57,474 nucleotides of DNA from Desulfobacteria bacterium (GTDB lineage: Bacteria; Desulfobacterota; Desulfobacteria; Desulfobacterales; C00003060). Positions 8,508-18,428 of this stretch are shown here, piece by piece. The notes beneath the pieces are model-generated. The model saw only the letters and a program-made list of their open reading frames with translations, did not search any database and had not been told where the DNA came from. The DNA lies in assembly GCA_030145395.1 (NCBI GenBank), contig JAQYVR010000249.1:1-57474 (forward strand), in the 5' to 3' direction. A program made the position numbers and the translations under genes. Positions within the stretch are counted from its first letter, which is position 1, and each line of letters opens with the position of its first letter.

Positions 8508-9353
8508 ATGATCGATGATCTAAAACACATTATATACAGAACGGTCCTGGAGGCCAACAGAAAAATGGCCCCCGGTGATGTTGAAAAGGCTGTTGCACGA
8601 AGTGCTGGCATCAGCAGAAAGAGGGTCAGGCTTGCCATCAGAGATCTGGTCGGTACTGGAGAACTCAGATTTACATATGTGCATGGAACAAGTTTTTTGG
8701 AGAGGTCATTTGACAGGCCGGTAAGACTTTCCAAAAGGATTGTAGTGAAGCCCCCCAACACATCTTACCGACCAGCGCCCGGGGAAGTGGTGGTCGACAT
8801 AGCAGGCGGAGCAGCCTTTGGGAACGGGGCCCACCCGACAACTTGCCTGGCCTTAAGAGCCTTGGATCATGTCTTCGATGGAGATCGCTATGTGGAAAGC
8901 AAGGCCCCATTAAACGGGCTGGATATCGGCACAGGCTCAGGTATTCTGGCCATTGCACTGGCAATGCTGGGTGTTCATGACGTCATTGGCATCGACGTCG
9001 ACCCGTGCGCGGTATCCGAGGCCACCCATAACGCTTTACTGAACGGCCTTGCCGACCAGGTTTCAATCAGAAACACTCCATTGGAAAAGCTGGCCTCACG
9101 TTTTTCCGTGATTGTGGCCAACATAGCTTACCTTACGCTGAAAAGAATCGCTCCGTCTCTTTCAGCAGGTACGGAAGAGAACGGCCTCTTGATTCTGTCA
9201 GGTTTCTTGGAGCCTGCGGCCGAAAATCTTCGCAAGACCTATGCTGAGCAAGGCTTCAGGCTGGTAAGAGAAGAGACAGAGCGTGGATGGGGGTGTATGA
9301 CGCTGTGTAGAAGCCATTTCAAAACCCCATCTAACGCTCGATGGCTGTGTTGA
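8508..9353 (+). CDS. PrmA-like class I SAM-dependent methyltransferase with N-terminal HTH-like region
   Basis: HPTTCLALRAL and LDIGTGSGILAIA motifs are typical of ribosomal protein L11 methyltransferase-like enzymes. Confidence 0.7.
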   Translation: MIDDLKHIIYRTVLEANRKMAPGDVEKAVARSAGISRKRVRLAIRDLVGTGELRFTYVHGTSFLERSFDRPVRLSKRIVVKPPNTSYRPAPGEVVVDIAGGAAFGNGAHPTTCLALRALDHVFDGDRYVESKAPLNGLDIGTGSGILAIALAMLGVHDVIGIDVDPCAVSEATHNALLNGLADQVSIRNTPLEKLASRFSVIVANIAYLTLKRIAPSLSAGTEENGLLILSGFLEPAAENLRKTYAEQGFRLVREETERGWGCMTLCRSHFKTPSNARWLC

Positions 9354-9717
9354 AAGCCTCTTCAAAATGCTCACATACTCCCGTGTATGCTGCGCTTTTT
9401 CATCGGCTTCCGCCCCCGACGGCAAGCTCGGGATCTACGACTTGCCCTCAAACGCGATCTGACGCTTTGAAATGGCTTCTAAGATGGCAGAGGGATCTTA
9501 ATGAAGCTCCAAGAAAAGAATCATATTACACCGGCAGAGGAGGCACCAAGCTCCAAATAGAGCTAAGATTTTGGTGTGGTTTTGGTTTTGTCCAATCTTC
9601 CTCATTTGATTTACGCTCAATTAGGACAGGAGCCCCAGTTGACAACCCATGGGGCGTCTGTTAGTGAAAGCGTGCCGTTTGGAAACAGAATTCGACTTAC
9701 CTGTGTGAAGGAGCATT

Positions 9718-10350
9718 ATGACCGAACCGAAAACAAAAGCAAAAACAACCGAAGAGTATATTGCAGAGCAGCGGGCGGCCCTGGCCAAACATCCCGAGTG
9801 CGGTACCACGCATTACAATCTTGGCATCGCTCTGGTCAAGCAACAGAAGTGGGATGAGGCTATAGAGGCACTCTCGGCAGCCATTGAACATAGCCCCACC
9901 TTGGCAGAGGCTTATGTGACCCTTGGCGGCATTTACTTCCATAAGGGTGATCTGGACGCCTGTATCGGGTATAATGAGCGGGCCATAAGGGTCAGGCCGA
10001 AATTTGCTATCGCCTTTGGAAATATGGGGTTCGTCCATTTGCAGAGAGGCGATCCAGAGGCGGCTGTTGTTCCCCTGGAAAAAGCGGTCTCCATCAACCC
10101 GAAGTTTATCCAAGGTTATGGCAGTCTGGCCAGTGCCTATTTCATGCTGGGACGACTGGACGAATCGATTGCCGCTGCAAAAAAGGCATTGGAGCTTGAG
10201 CCGACCTTTGCTGTTGCCCACAACAACCTGGCACTCGCCTATTTTGAGAAAGGAGCCTTCAAAGAGGCTGTTGAACACTGCGACCAAGCCCTGGCGCACG
10301 GATTTGATGTTGTCCCGGAGTTTTTGAAAGAACTGGAGCCGCATCGGTAA
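9718..10350 (+). CDS. Tetratricopeptide repeat protein
   Basis: 210 aa of successive 34-aa TPR units (A..Y..LG..Y...G....A...Y..A....P). Confidence 0.8.
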   Translation: MTEPKTKAKTTEEYIAEQRAALAKHPECGTTHYNLGIALVKQQKWDEAIEALSAAIEHSPTLAEAYVTLGGIYFHKGDLDACIGYNERAIRVRPKFAIAFGNMGFVHLQRGDPEAAVVPLEKAVSINPKFIQGYGSLASAYFMLGRLDESIAAAKKALELEPTFAVAHNNLALAYFEKGAFKEAVEHCDQALAHGFDVVPEFLKELEPHR

Positions 10351-10549
10351 GACAACAAGCTCAAGGCTCAAAGCTGAAAGCTCAGAGTGTTAAGGGTGTG
10401 AAACTGTTCAAATAGATCGGGCCTCGGTGATACTCCCATACTTTCCGTCCCAGAGGGAGAGCGCACCCCTAAGTCCCTTGCCTGAACCGTTCTTACGCAG
10501 GACAGAACAATTGCAGCCTCTGTTTCTGTTCTCATAGCTTTGAGCTTTC

Positions 10550-11704
10550 ATGAAAACCCATCAACCCAAAGTCAAATACCTGGTCCCATCCCCGCACGGC
10601 TATGTCCTCTTGGATGACCTGACGTCGAAAGCCCCCATGCGGCTGAGGCGTTCTGATCCCGACCCGGACCAAGGTCCTGCTGTAACAATTGGACAGTATT
10701 TTCAAGGCATTACATCCGTAGTCTCAAAGGATGGCTATGGATTGTTAGTCGATGCCACAGCCAGGCAACTGGGAAGATATGTCTCGCTCAATGACATAGC
10801 GGAGATCGTGATTCGCTCAGAAAAACACGGAAGCGACTACCATCCGGCCAGGATCGAGGTAATCGTCGGTGACGTCTGTGCCGTCTTTGTAATGAATGTT
10901 GCTATCACGCCAAGAGGAGAAGCCTTGCTTTGTCGGGAGTTTGCAGTCCTTGAGCATCTGAACAGCAAACACGACTTCCCCTTCTTGCCACGAACTCATT
11001 TCCAGGGCGAAGCCTCCCCTCCTTCCATGCTCATGTTTCTGGCAGACTGGTTTCAGGGATACCACGAATTCCACCTCTCGGTGGACAAGGAGGATCATAC
11101 CCGGGGGCTGGTCCTCTGGGATACGGAAAAAGGCCATTACCGCCTTCCTCCGCGGCAGATCAGACAGGTATACCATCAGTCTGCCAGGCTCCTGACTCTC
11201 TATTATGACCTTGAAACCTTTGAACAGATCTTCCCCTGGCACCACGCAGCAGGCGATTTTGTAGTGAAAGCCCCGGGCGAATCCGTAGATGTGAGACTCA
11301 TAACCACCCGGCAATATGCCCCCATGTTAGAGCCTCATGAGGGTCTCTCCGCGAAGGGGGGTCTGCTCTTTTTTCTACTGAACCTTTCTCTAAGGATGCG
11401 GCTCGACCGCCTGGATGGGGTTGGCTCAGTTGCATGGGCAGATGACGATTGCGTGGACTCAACTATAGAGGGGTTTTTGGCAGGTCTCAGGACAAAGGAG
11501 CAACAGAGGATCATTGAAACGGGATTTGTGGATCGGTTCGTCTCATATCTTCACTCTCTTGCAATAGAAGACCTGTCAGATTGGTTCTATGCCCTTGTTG
11601 ATGCATGTGATCAAGCAGCTCCTGATATACCAATCATCAGAGACCATGTTGAAAGCCATATCCTGAAATTCCATTCAGCCCTTCAAGGCCTGAAGAATTC
11701 ATGA
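10550..11704 (+). CDS. Hypothetical protein (384 aa) immediately upstream of dsrAB
   Basis: Long ORF with a plausible small terminator at 11733..11755. No confident family; there is a weak kinase-like HHAAGDF segment. Confidence 0.55.
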   Translation: MKTHQPKVKYLVPSPHGYVLLDDLTSKAPMRLRRSDPDPDQGPAVTIGQYFQGITSVVSKDGYGLLVDATARQLGRYVSLNDIAEIVIRSEKHGSDYHPARIEVIVGDVCAVFVMNVAITPRGEALLCREFAVLEHLNSKHDFPFLPRTHFQGEASPPSMLMFLADWFQGYHEFHLSVDKEDHTRGLVLWDTEKGHYRLPPRQIRQVYHQSARLLTLYYDLETFEQIFPWHHAAGDFVVKAPGESVDVRLITTRQYAPMLEPHEGLSAKGGLLFFLLNLSLRMRLDRLDGVGSVAWADDDCVDSTIEGFLAGLRTKEQQRIIETGFVDRFVSYLHSLAIEDLSDWFYALVDACDQAAPDIPIIRDHVESHILKFHSALQGLKNS

Positions 11705-11756
11705 TTCTTGCCACCAAAGACATGAAACAAAGCCTTGCTGGCCAAGGTTTTTTCTG

Positions 11757-11785
11757 TTGACAAAACGGGCAAATAGGTCTATAGA
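11757..11785 (+). promoter_or_regulatory. Putative sigma70-type promoter of the dsr operon
   Basis: TTGACA (11757..11762), a 17-nt spacer, then TATAGA (11780..11785). This implies a 5' UTR of about 210 nt before dsrA. Confidence 0.45.
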
Positions 11786-12003
11786 CCATCTTTGCGCAAG
11801 GATACGTGAACAACGTTTTATTTTTGCTAAGAAATTCGCACGAACCACACTTATTCTTCCTTGCCTATTGTTTATTCGTTTAACCTTTTAGGGGGATTAT
11901 CGCAGATTGAGAGGAGGTGAGGGGAGACTTTTTCTTGTAGCAACCCGATACACACGGATGTATCGCATAATTAAACTGATTCCAAAAGAATGGAGGTAGA
12001 ATA

Positions 12004-13320
12004 ATGGAATTGAAACACAAAACTCCTCTGCTGGATGAGCTGGAAAGCGGGCCCTGGCCGAGCTTTGTGTCCGACTTAAAGCGCGAGGCCATATCGAGGA
12101 AAACGAACGAAAAAGGGATCGATTACCAGTGTCCAGCCGAAATGCCCGAGGATCTCCTGGGCGTTGTTGAACTCTCCTACGAACACGGGCGAACCCACTG
12201 GAAGCACGGCGGCATCGTAGGCGTTTTCGGATACGGCGGTGGCGTCATCGGCCGTTACTGTGACCAGCCCGAGATGTTTCCGGCCGTGGCACACTTTCAT
12301 ACCATTCGCATCAACCAACCTTCCGGCAAGTATTACACCACCGAATACCTGGAACAGCTCATGAGTTTATGTGAAAGACGCGGCAGCGGCCTTACCAACA
12401 TGCACGGCTCCACGGGCGACATCGTCTTTCTCGGCTCGCACACACCCCAGTTGGAAGAGATCTTCTGGGAGCTGACCCACAACATCAACCAGGACCTTGG
12501 TGGTTCGGGCGGGAACCTGCGAACGCCCTCAGCCTGCTTAGGCATGTCTCGTTGTGAATATGCCTGTATTGACACGCAGGCCCTGTGCCATTACATGACC
12601 AACGAATACCAGGACGAGCTGCACAGACCCGCGTTCCCGTACAAGTTCAAGTTCAAGTTCGACGGCTGTCCCAACTGTTGCGTGGCCTCTATTGCCCGCT
12701 CAGACTTGTCCTTTATCGGGACCTGGAAAGATGATATCCGCATAGATGCGGAAGCGGTCAAAGCCTATGTGGGCGGTGAGTTGAAGTCGAACGCAGGTGC
12801 CCATGCAAGTCGTGACTGGGGTCCGTTCGATATCCAGAAAGAGGTGGTCGATCTTTGCCCCGGCGAGTGCATGGCCTGGGATGGCAGCAAGCTCGCTATC
12901 GACAACTCCAACTGTACGCGGTGCATGCACTGCATCAACACCATGCCGAGAGCCCTCAGAATAGGCCAGGACACGGGTCTTAGCATGCTGGTCGGCGCCA
13001 AGGCTCCCATCCTTGACGGTGCCCAGATCTCCTCGCTTCTTGTCCCGTTTATCAAAGCGGAAGAACCCTATGATGAGATCAAGGAAGTCATCGAGAATCT
13101 CTGGGATTGGTGGATGGAAGAGGGCAAGAACCGGGAGCGCATTGGTGAGCTGATGAAGCGACAGGGCTTCCAGAAGATGCTGGAAGTGACCGGTTTGAAG
13201 GCCACGGCGCAGCATGTGAAAGAGCCTCGGTCCAATCCGTATGTCTTCTGGAAAGAGGACGAGGTCCCAGGTGGCTGGAAAGGTGACATTAACGAATTCA
13301 GAAAATATCATCAGAGATAG
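12004..13320 (+). CDS. dsrA: Dissimilatory sulfite reductase alpha subunit
   Basis: 438 aa. The N-terminus TPLLDELESGPWPSFVSDLKREA and the siroheme/[4Fe-4S] Cys motifs are present, and dsrB follows directly. Confidence 0.95.
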   Translation: MELKHKTPLLDELESGPWPSFVSDLKREAISRKTNEKGIDYQCPAEMPEDLLGVVELSYEHGRTHWKHGGIVGVFGYGGGVIGRYCDQPEMFPAVAHFHTIRINQPSGKYYTTEYLEQLMSLCERRGSGLTNMHGSTGDIVFLGSHTPQLEEIFWELTHNINQDLGGSGGNLRTPSACLGMSRCEYACIDTQALCHYMTNEYQDELHRPAFPYKFKFKFDGCPNCCVASIARSDLSFIGTWKDDIRIDAEAVKAYVGGELKSNAGAHASRDWGPFDIQKEVVDLCPGECMAWDGSKLAIDNSNCTRCMHCINTMPRALRIGQDTGLSMLVGAKAPILDGAQISSLLVPFIKAEEPYDEIKEVIENLWDWWMEEGKNRERIGELMKRQGFQKMLEVTGLKATAQHVKEPRSNPYVFWKEDEVPGGWKGDINEFRKYHQR

Positions 13321-13333
13321 GAGGTGAAGCGGA

Positions 13334-14485
13334 ATGGCTTTTATATCTTCAGGATACAATCCTGACAAACCAATGGAAAACAGAATCACTGACATCGGAC
13401 CGAGGTCCTATGAGGAGTTTCTGCCGCCGGTTATCAAGAAGAACTTCGGCAAGTGGCTGTATCACGAGATCCTTGAGCCCGGCGTGCTGGTTCATGTGGC
13501 TGAGAGCGGAGATGAGGTCTTCACGGTCCGAGTCGGCGCTGCGCGTCTGATGACCGTGTCTCACATCCGAGAAATAAACGAGATCGCAGACAAGCATTGC
13601 GACGGCTATCTCCGGTTCACCACCCGGAACAACATTGAGTTCATGGTGGACAGCAAGGACAAGGTTGAGCCCTTGAAGCAGGACCTGCTGAGTCGGAAAC
13701 AGGCCGGCGGGGGCTTTAAGTTCCCGATTGGCGGAACCGGTGCAGGGGTGACCAACATCGTACACACCCAGGGGTGGGTTCATTGCCACACCCCGGCGAC
13801 CGATGCCTCAGGACCAGTGAAAGCAACCATGGATGTCCTCTTTGATGACTTTACCAGCATGAGGATGCCGGCACAGGTCAGAGTGGCGCTCGCTTGCTGT
13901 CTGAACATGTGCGGTGCTGTTCACTGTTCGGATATCGCCATACTGGGTTACCACCGCAAGCCGCCCATATTGGACCATGAATATCTGGACAAGATGTGCG
14001 AGATTCCTCTTGCAATAGCAGCCTGTCCCACGGCAGCCATCAAGCCGGGAAAGGTGGAAGTCGGAGGCGAGACCATAAAGAGTGTATCTGTGAACAATGA
14101 TCGGTGCATGTACTGCGGCAACTGCTACACCATGTGCCCGTCCATGCCTTTGGCGGACACTGAGGGCGACTGCATAGTGCTAATGGTTGGAGGCAAGATA
14201 TCCAACCGTATCAGTATGCCCAAGTTCTCCAAGGTGGTCGTGCCCTATCTGCCGAATAACCCACCCAGGTGGCCGGAGACAACCGATGCCATCAAGAAGA
14301 TCATTGAAGTCTATGCGGCTGACGCGAATAAGTACGAGCGCTTAGGCGAGTGGGCTGAAAGGATCGGTTGGGAGAAGTTCTTTGAGAAGTGCGGTTTAGA
14401 GTTTACCCATCATCTCATTGATGACTTCCGTGATCCAGCTTATTTTACCTGGCGTCAGAGTACGCAGTTTAAGTTTACCAAATAG
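13334..14485 (+). CDS. dsrB: Dissimilatory sulfite reductase beta subunit
   Basis: 383 aa with Cys clusters (CHTPATD..., CxxxC, ferredoxin-like [12 protein letters not shown]). It sits 13 nt after dsrA. Confidence 0.95.
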   Translation: MAFISSGYNPDKPMENRITDIGPRSYEEFLPPVIKKNFGKWLYHEILEPGVLVHVAESGDEVFTVRVGAARLMTVSHIREINEIADKHCDGYLRFTTRNNIEFMVDSKDKVEPLKQDLLSRKQAGGGFKFPIGGTGAGVTNIVHTQGWVHCHTPATDASGPVKATMDVLFDDFTSMRMPAQVRVALACCLNMCGAVHCSDIAILGYHRKPPILDHEYLDKMCEIPLAIAACPTAAIKPGKVEVGGETIKSVSVNNDRCMYCGNCYTMCPSMPLADTEGDCIVLMVGGKISNRISMPKFSKVVVPYLPNNPPRWPETTDAIKKIIEVYAADANKYERLGEWAERIGWEKFFEKCGLEFTHHLIDDFRDPAYFTWRQSTQFKFTK

Positions 14486-14504
14486 ATCAAAGAGAGGGTG
14501 AAAT

Positions 14505-14753
14505 ATGCCTATAGCGGATGAAGCAGCTGCAAAACAAATCATTTTGGAGACGCTGCAGAAAAAGAAGGGCAAGACGAAGTTCTACCTGAAGGACTTTTAC
14601 AAGTTCTTGCCTGATGAGAAGCTCAGGGACGTTAAGAAACTGGTAAACAAAATGGTCACTGAGGAACTCCTCGAATACTGGTCCAGCGGCAGTACTACCC
14701 TCATCGGGCTCAAAGGGCTCGGTAAGCAGCATGCGGCAGATGGGGAAGACTAG
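14505..14753 (+). CDS. dsrD: DsrD
   Basis: 82 aa, Lys-rich winged-helix protein (KKKGKTKFYLKDF..., YWSSGSTT). It is in the canonical position after dsrB. Confidence 0.88.
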   Translation: MPIADEAAAKQIILETLQKKKGKTKFYLKDFYKFLPDEKLRDVKKLVNKMVTEELLEYWSSGSTTLIGLKGLGKQHAADGED

Positions 14754-14805
14754 CTCGCGGCCTTTTTGAAACCGGGTTATTTGTCGGAAACACCTAACCA
14801 AAAAA

Positions 14806-16278
14806 ATGGCTTTTCCCCGGATTGTAATTGCTGCCCTGCGCGGAGGTTCGGGGAAGACGATCGTCTCTGTGGGATTGATCGCATCCTGGCGCAAGCGCGG
14901 GATGGCCGTGGCCCCTTTTAAGAAGGGACCGGATTTTATTGATGCGGGGTGGCTGGCTTTAGCGGCCAGCCGCCCCTGTCATAATCTGGACACCTTCTTG
15001 ATGCCCCCCAACCAGATTATCCTCTCCTTTACACGTCAGAACCCCGTTAGCGATATCGCTGTGGTCGAGGGCAACCGTGGGCTTTACGACGGAATTGACC
15101 TTGAAGGAAGCACCAGCACCTCAGAACTCGCAAAGCTCCTGCGCGCCCCCGTGGCGCTCCTAATAGACTGCACCAAGAGCACCAGGACGGTGGCTGCTAT
15201 GGTCTCGGGGTGTCTCCAGTTCGACCCTGAAGTCAGTATTTGCGGGGTTATTCTGAACCGTGTGGCGGGCCCCCGCCACGAGTCGATCCTGCGAAAGACT
15301 GTCGAAACGTACTGCAAACTGCCTGTACTTGGCGCCATACCCAAGATCAAGGGAGAGGCATTCCCCGAAAGACACATGGGCCTGGTCCCCACGCCTGAGC
15401 ATGACTGGTCTGAAGAGTCGATCCAAAAGGCTGCTGATATGGCCGAAGAATATCTCGATCTCGACAGACTACTTGCAATAGCCAGAGGAGCGCCTGACCT
15501 GACGGCTGCATCCGAGATATTGGATAAAGAAACAGATCTGTATGCCGAAAAGGCGCCCCGGCCTCGAATCGGGGTGATCAGGGATGCCGCATTTCAGTTC
15601 TACTATCCTGAGAATCTGGAGGCCCTTGAGGCCGCCGGGGCCGAGATCGTCATGGTGAGCGCCCTGTCAGACTCCGGGCTTCCGAGGCTGGACGGGCTGT
15701 ATATCGGAGGCGGCTTTCCGGAAACCCATGCACAGGCCCTGGCTGAAAACAAAGGGTTCCGGCAGGAAGTCCGACGCCTGGCCGAAAAGGGTCTTCCCAT
15801 ATATGCCGAATGCGGCGGACTGATGTATCTAGGCGAGAGCCTGGTCTGGGACGGCGTGACCTATCCCATGACAGGAGTGTTTCCCGTGGTTTTTGGGTTT
15901 TCCAAGAGACCGGCAGGGCACGGCTACACCATCTTTGAGGTGGAAAAACCCAACCCGTATTTTGAGCCTGGCGTCCAGGTTCGAGGCCATGAGTTTCATT
16001 ATTCAAGTGTGTTGAGCTGGGAGGGGAAAACAGAGGAACTGGCTTTTCGGGTGACCCGGGGCACCGGGTTTGCGGACAAGCGTGACGGTCTCTGCTACAA
16101 GAATACCCTGGCTACCTATTCTCATCTTCATGCCCTCGGAACACCTTCCTGGGCCAAGGCAATGGTTGAAACAAGCTCTTCATATCAAAAAGACAAGGCG
16201 CAAGGCTTAAGGCCTAAGAACGCGAATATGTCTCAGGGCCGTGGGCTCCATGTCATTCGCGACGCACAAAAAAAATAG
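14806..16278 (+). CDS. dsrN: Cobyrinic acid a,c-diamide synthase family protein (DsrN-type siroheme amidase)
   Basis: 490 aa with an N-terminal P-loop-like GGSGKT and a C-terminal glutamine amidotransferase domain (YAECGGLMYL). It is located after dsrD. Confidence 0.85.
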   Translation: MAFPRIVIAALRGGSGKTIVSVGLIASWRKRGMAVAPFKKGPDFIDAGWLALAASRPCHNLDTFLMPPNQIILSFTRQNPVSDIAVVEGNRGLYDGIDLEGSTSTSELAKLLRAPVALLIDCTKSTRTVAAMVSGCLQFDPEVSICGVILNRVAGPRHESILRKTVETYCKLPVLGAIPKIKGEAFPERHMGLVPTPEHDWSEESIQKAADMAEEYLDLDRLLAIARGAPDLTAASEILDKETDLYAEKAPRPRIGVIRDAAFQFYYPENLEALEAAGAEIVMVSALSDSGLPRLDGLYIGGGFPETHAQALAENKGFRQEVRRLAEKGLPIYAECGGLMYLGESLVWDGVTYPMTGVFPVVFGFSKRPAGHGYTIFEVEKPNPYFEPGVQVRGHEFHYSSVLSWEGKTEELAFRVTRGTGFADKRDGLCYKNTLATYSHLHALGTPSWAKAMVETSSSYQKDKAQGLRPKNANMSQGRGLHVIRDAQKK

Positions 16279-16333
16279 GGCAAGGTCCAAAGAGGACCCT
16301 ACCCTATTCTTGATTTATTCCAGTTTCTTTTGT

Positions 16334-16789
16334 CTATTTTGCTGCTTTAGGATGGCACTTACTGCAAGTCGTGGGGCCGGTCGGCTTGGCCGCCTTTTTC
16401 AGTTCCTTGTGACACCCTACGCAGTTCTCATGTATCGCTGAATAGTAGTATGTCTTGATCTTTTCCGCCTTGCTCAGCTTGGGTGCATCTGCCCCAGTCG
16501 GCGCCTTAGCCTCCTTGTGGCATTCAGCGCACTTCTGGACCGCATCGCCCTCTTTCCACACATTCTTACCGTCTTTGTACACGTGGTGACAGTTGGCACA
16601 TTTAGAATCGCAGTAACCATTGTGCTTCGCGTGGGTAAAGGTCACCAGGCTCTTCTTGTGCGTTGGGAAAAGCTTAGATTCCATGGTTATGGTGTCAGGG
16701 CAGGTCCCAGTTGTTGCATAAACAAATGCGAAGAGAAACACCACACTTACGGCTGCAGCCGTTAACACAAACAACGATCGTTTCTTCAT
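16334..16789 (-). CDS. Tetraheme cytochrome c3 family protein
   Basis: 151 aa with a signal peptide and four CxxCH motifs (CANCH, CAECH, CVGCH, CSKCH). Confidence 0.85.
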   Translation of the reverse strand: MKKRSLFVLTAAAVSVVFLFAFVYATTGTCPDTITMESKLFPTHKKSLVTFTHAKHNGYCDSKCANCHHVYKDGKNVWKEGDAVQKCAECHKEAKAPTGADAPKLSKAEKIKTYYYSAIHENCVGCHKELKKAAKPTGPTTCSKCHPKAAK

Positions 16790-16898
16790 AATCCGATTTC
16801 ACCCCCTTTTCAGATATTAGTTAAATATAAAGAAAAACGAACTATTCCGCAGCGGTTTGCCTACCAGAATCCTGGTTAGGTGTCAAGGAGAAAACCTC

Positions 16899-17660
16899 CT
16901 ATCCGGCACTTTCCTTGGTCTCTGAGATGTCCTCTTTTGCCTCTTTTTTCCCGAACATTTTGGCACCCAGAATGCTCACTTCGTAGAGCACTATCAACGG
17001 CCCCGCCATCATGATCTGGGTAATGACATCCGGAGGGGTGAGGATGGCGGCAAAGACGAAGAAAAGCAATATGGCGTATCTTCGCTTAGTCCTGAGAAAC
17101 TTGACATCCACGATACCGAGCTTGGCCAGAAAGGTGATAAACAGAGGCATTTCAAAGACCACGCCAAAGGCAAAGAGGAGCTTTGCTGAAAAACCGAGGT
17201 ACTCCCTCATGGATGGCAGGGCTCTGATATAGTCAGACGCAAAACCCATGAAGAACTTGAATCCAAAAGGAAAGACAACAAAGTAGCCAAAAAGGGCGCC
17301 ACCCATAAAGAAGAAGGATGACAGGCACACAATGGGTAAGACCCAGCGTTTTTCCTTGTTGTAAAGCCCCGGCGCAATAAACATCCAGAGTTGATACATG
17401 AGTATGGGTACGGACAGGAGGATCCCTGCAAGTAAGGCGACCTTCAGATAGGTGAAGAATGCCTCGGGGAGCCCGGTGTATATGAGCTTGCCGTCCGGAG
17501 GCATGGCGGAAATGAGGGGCTGCATAAGGATTTCAAAGAGTTTCTTTGAAAAGACATAACAGACAACAAAGCACACGCCGATTGCCGAAAAACAGATGAT
17601 CAGGCGCCTGCGAAGTTCCTCCAGATGAGAGGTGAATGGGAGTTTCTCATCCTCAGTCAT
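16899..17660 (-). CDS. tatC: Twin-arginine translocase subunit TatC
   Basis: 253 aa, six hydrophobic segments and the N-terminal motif PFTSHLEELRRRL. Confidence 0.9.
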   Translation of the reverse strand: MTEDEKLPFTSHLEELRRRLIICFSAIGVCFVVCYVFSKKLFEILMQPLISAMPPDGKLIYTGLPEAFFTYLKVALLAGILLSVPILMYQLWMFIAPGLYNKEKRWVLPIVCLSSFFFMGGALFGYFVVFPFGFKFFMGFASDYIRALPSMREYLGFSAKLLFAFGVVFEMPLFITFLAKLGIVDVKFLRTKRRYAILLFFVFAAILTPPDVITQIMMAGPLIVLYEVSILGAKMFGKKEAKEDISETKESAG

Positions 17661-18057
17661 CTTTGGGAGGCTCCTTTAACACGTCTTCTTGTCCGGGCTC
17701 TTGTGGGACGGACTCTTCCGAGACTTCCGTGGCGGGCTTTTCGACGGGAGACTCAAGCTCGTCTTCTGAGACGGCATCGACTACCGGTGGGGTGGGGGTC
17801 GGGCTTGGAGTTGGGCTTGCGTGCACCGTCTGCCGCACGGTATCCTGAAGGTCCCTCTTGAGACCTTGCATGGTATCCCGGGCCTCCTTCAAATCGTCTT
17901 CCACTTCGATGTTCTCTTTGAACTCTTGTGTGGCTTTCTTGAACTCGGAAATACCCCGGCCGAGGGACTTGGCGATTTCAGGAAGCTTCTTCGGGCCCAG
18001 GACAATCAGAGCGATAGCCAGAATCAAGATGATTTCCGGCATCCCCATACCAAACAT
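17653..18057 (-). CDS. tatB: TatA/TatB family translocase protein (TatB-like, 134 aa)
   Basis: MFGMGMPEIILILAIALIVLGPKKLPE N-terminus. It overlaps tatC by 8 nt. Confidence 0.8.
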   Translation of the reverse strand: MFGMGMPEIILILAIALIVLGPKKLPEIAKSLGRGISEFKKATQEFKENIEVEDDLKEARDTMQGLKRDLQDTVRQTVHASPTPSPTPTPPVVDAVSEDELESPVEKPATEVSEESVPQEPGQEDVLKEPPKDD

Positions 18058-18297
18058 GATTTACTCCTTTAGATAAAGGTCAATTTTCTCAATAAAATAT
18101 GATGTAAACATAGTCAAAACTGTGCCAAGTGTCAAGGTCTATACGAGCTGTAAACCATAGCACATCTGAGCGGCGCGGTTTCCTTCATGGCTCTTCCCGC
18201 TTCGTATTTTCACGGGGAACCACTTAGAATCCTTGTTCTTTTTCAGCTTATCTGGAGCCGGTTCCAGGGGTGCTAAGGAAGCATGTCGATTATTCTG

Positions 18298-18326
18298 TTG
18301 ACAACAAATGCTCCCTTTCTTATGTT
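18298..18326 (+). promoter_or_regulatory. Putative promoter of tRNA-Leu
   Basis: TTGACA (18298..18303), a 17-nt spacer, then TATGTT (18321..18326), 15 nt before the tRNA 5' end. Confidence 0.45.
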
Positions 18327-18340
18327 TCGTGCACAATCTG

Positions 18341-18428
18341 GCCGGAGTGGTGAAACTGGTAGACGCAGAGGACTCAAAATCCTCCGGGCCTTGTGCCCTT
18401 GGGGGTTCAATTCCCCCCTCCGGCACCA
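18341..18428 (+). tRNA. tRNA-Leu (anticodon CAA), long variable arm, encoded CCA
   Basis: The acceptor stem is GCCGGAG/CTCCGGC. The anticodon stem is GAGGA/TCCTC with loop CTCAAAA. The T-arm is GGGGGTTCAATTCCCCC. A discriminator A is followed by CCA. Confidence 0.9.

Noticed and set aside
9697-10371. 224-aa minus-strand ORF opposite the TPR gene
   Set aside because: The plus-strand frame shows regular 34-aa TPR periodicity and a proper SD/ATG. The minus frame has no motif.
12700-13789. Long antisense ORFs inside dsrA/dsrB (12700..13395, 231 aa; 13349..13789, 146 aa)
   Set aside because: They are fully embedded opposite the unmistakable dsrA/dsrB frames. Their composition is typical of antisense frames in GC-balanced genes, and no motif is present.
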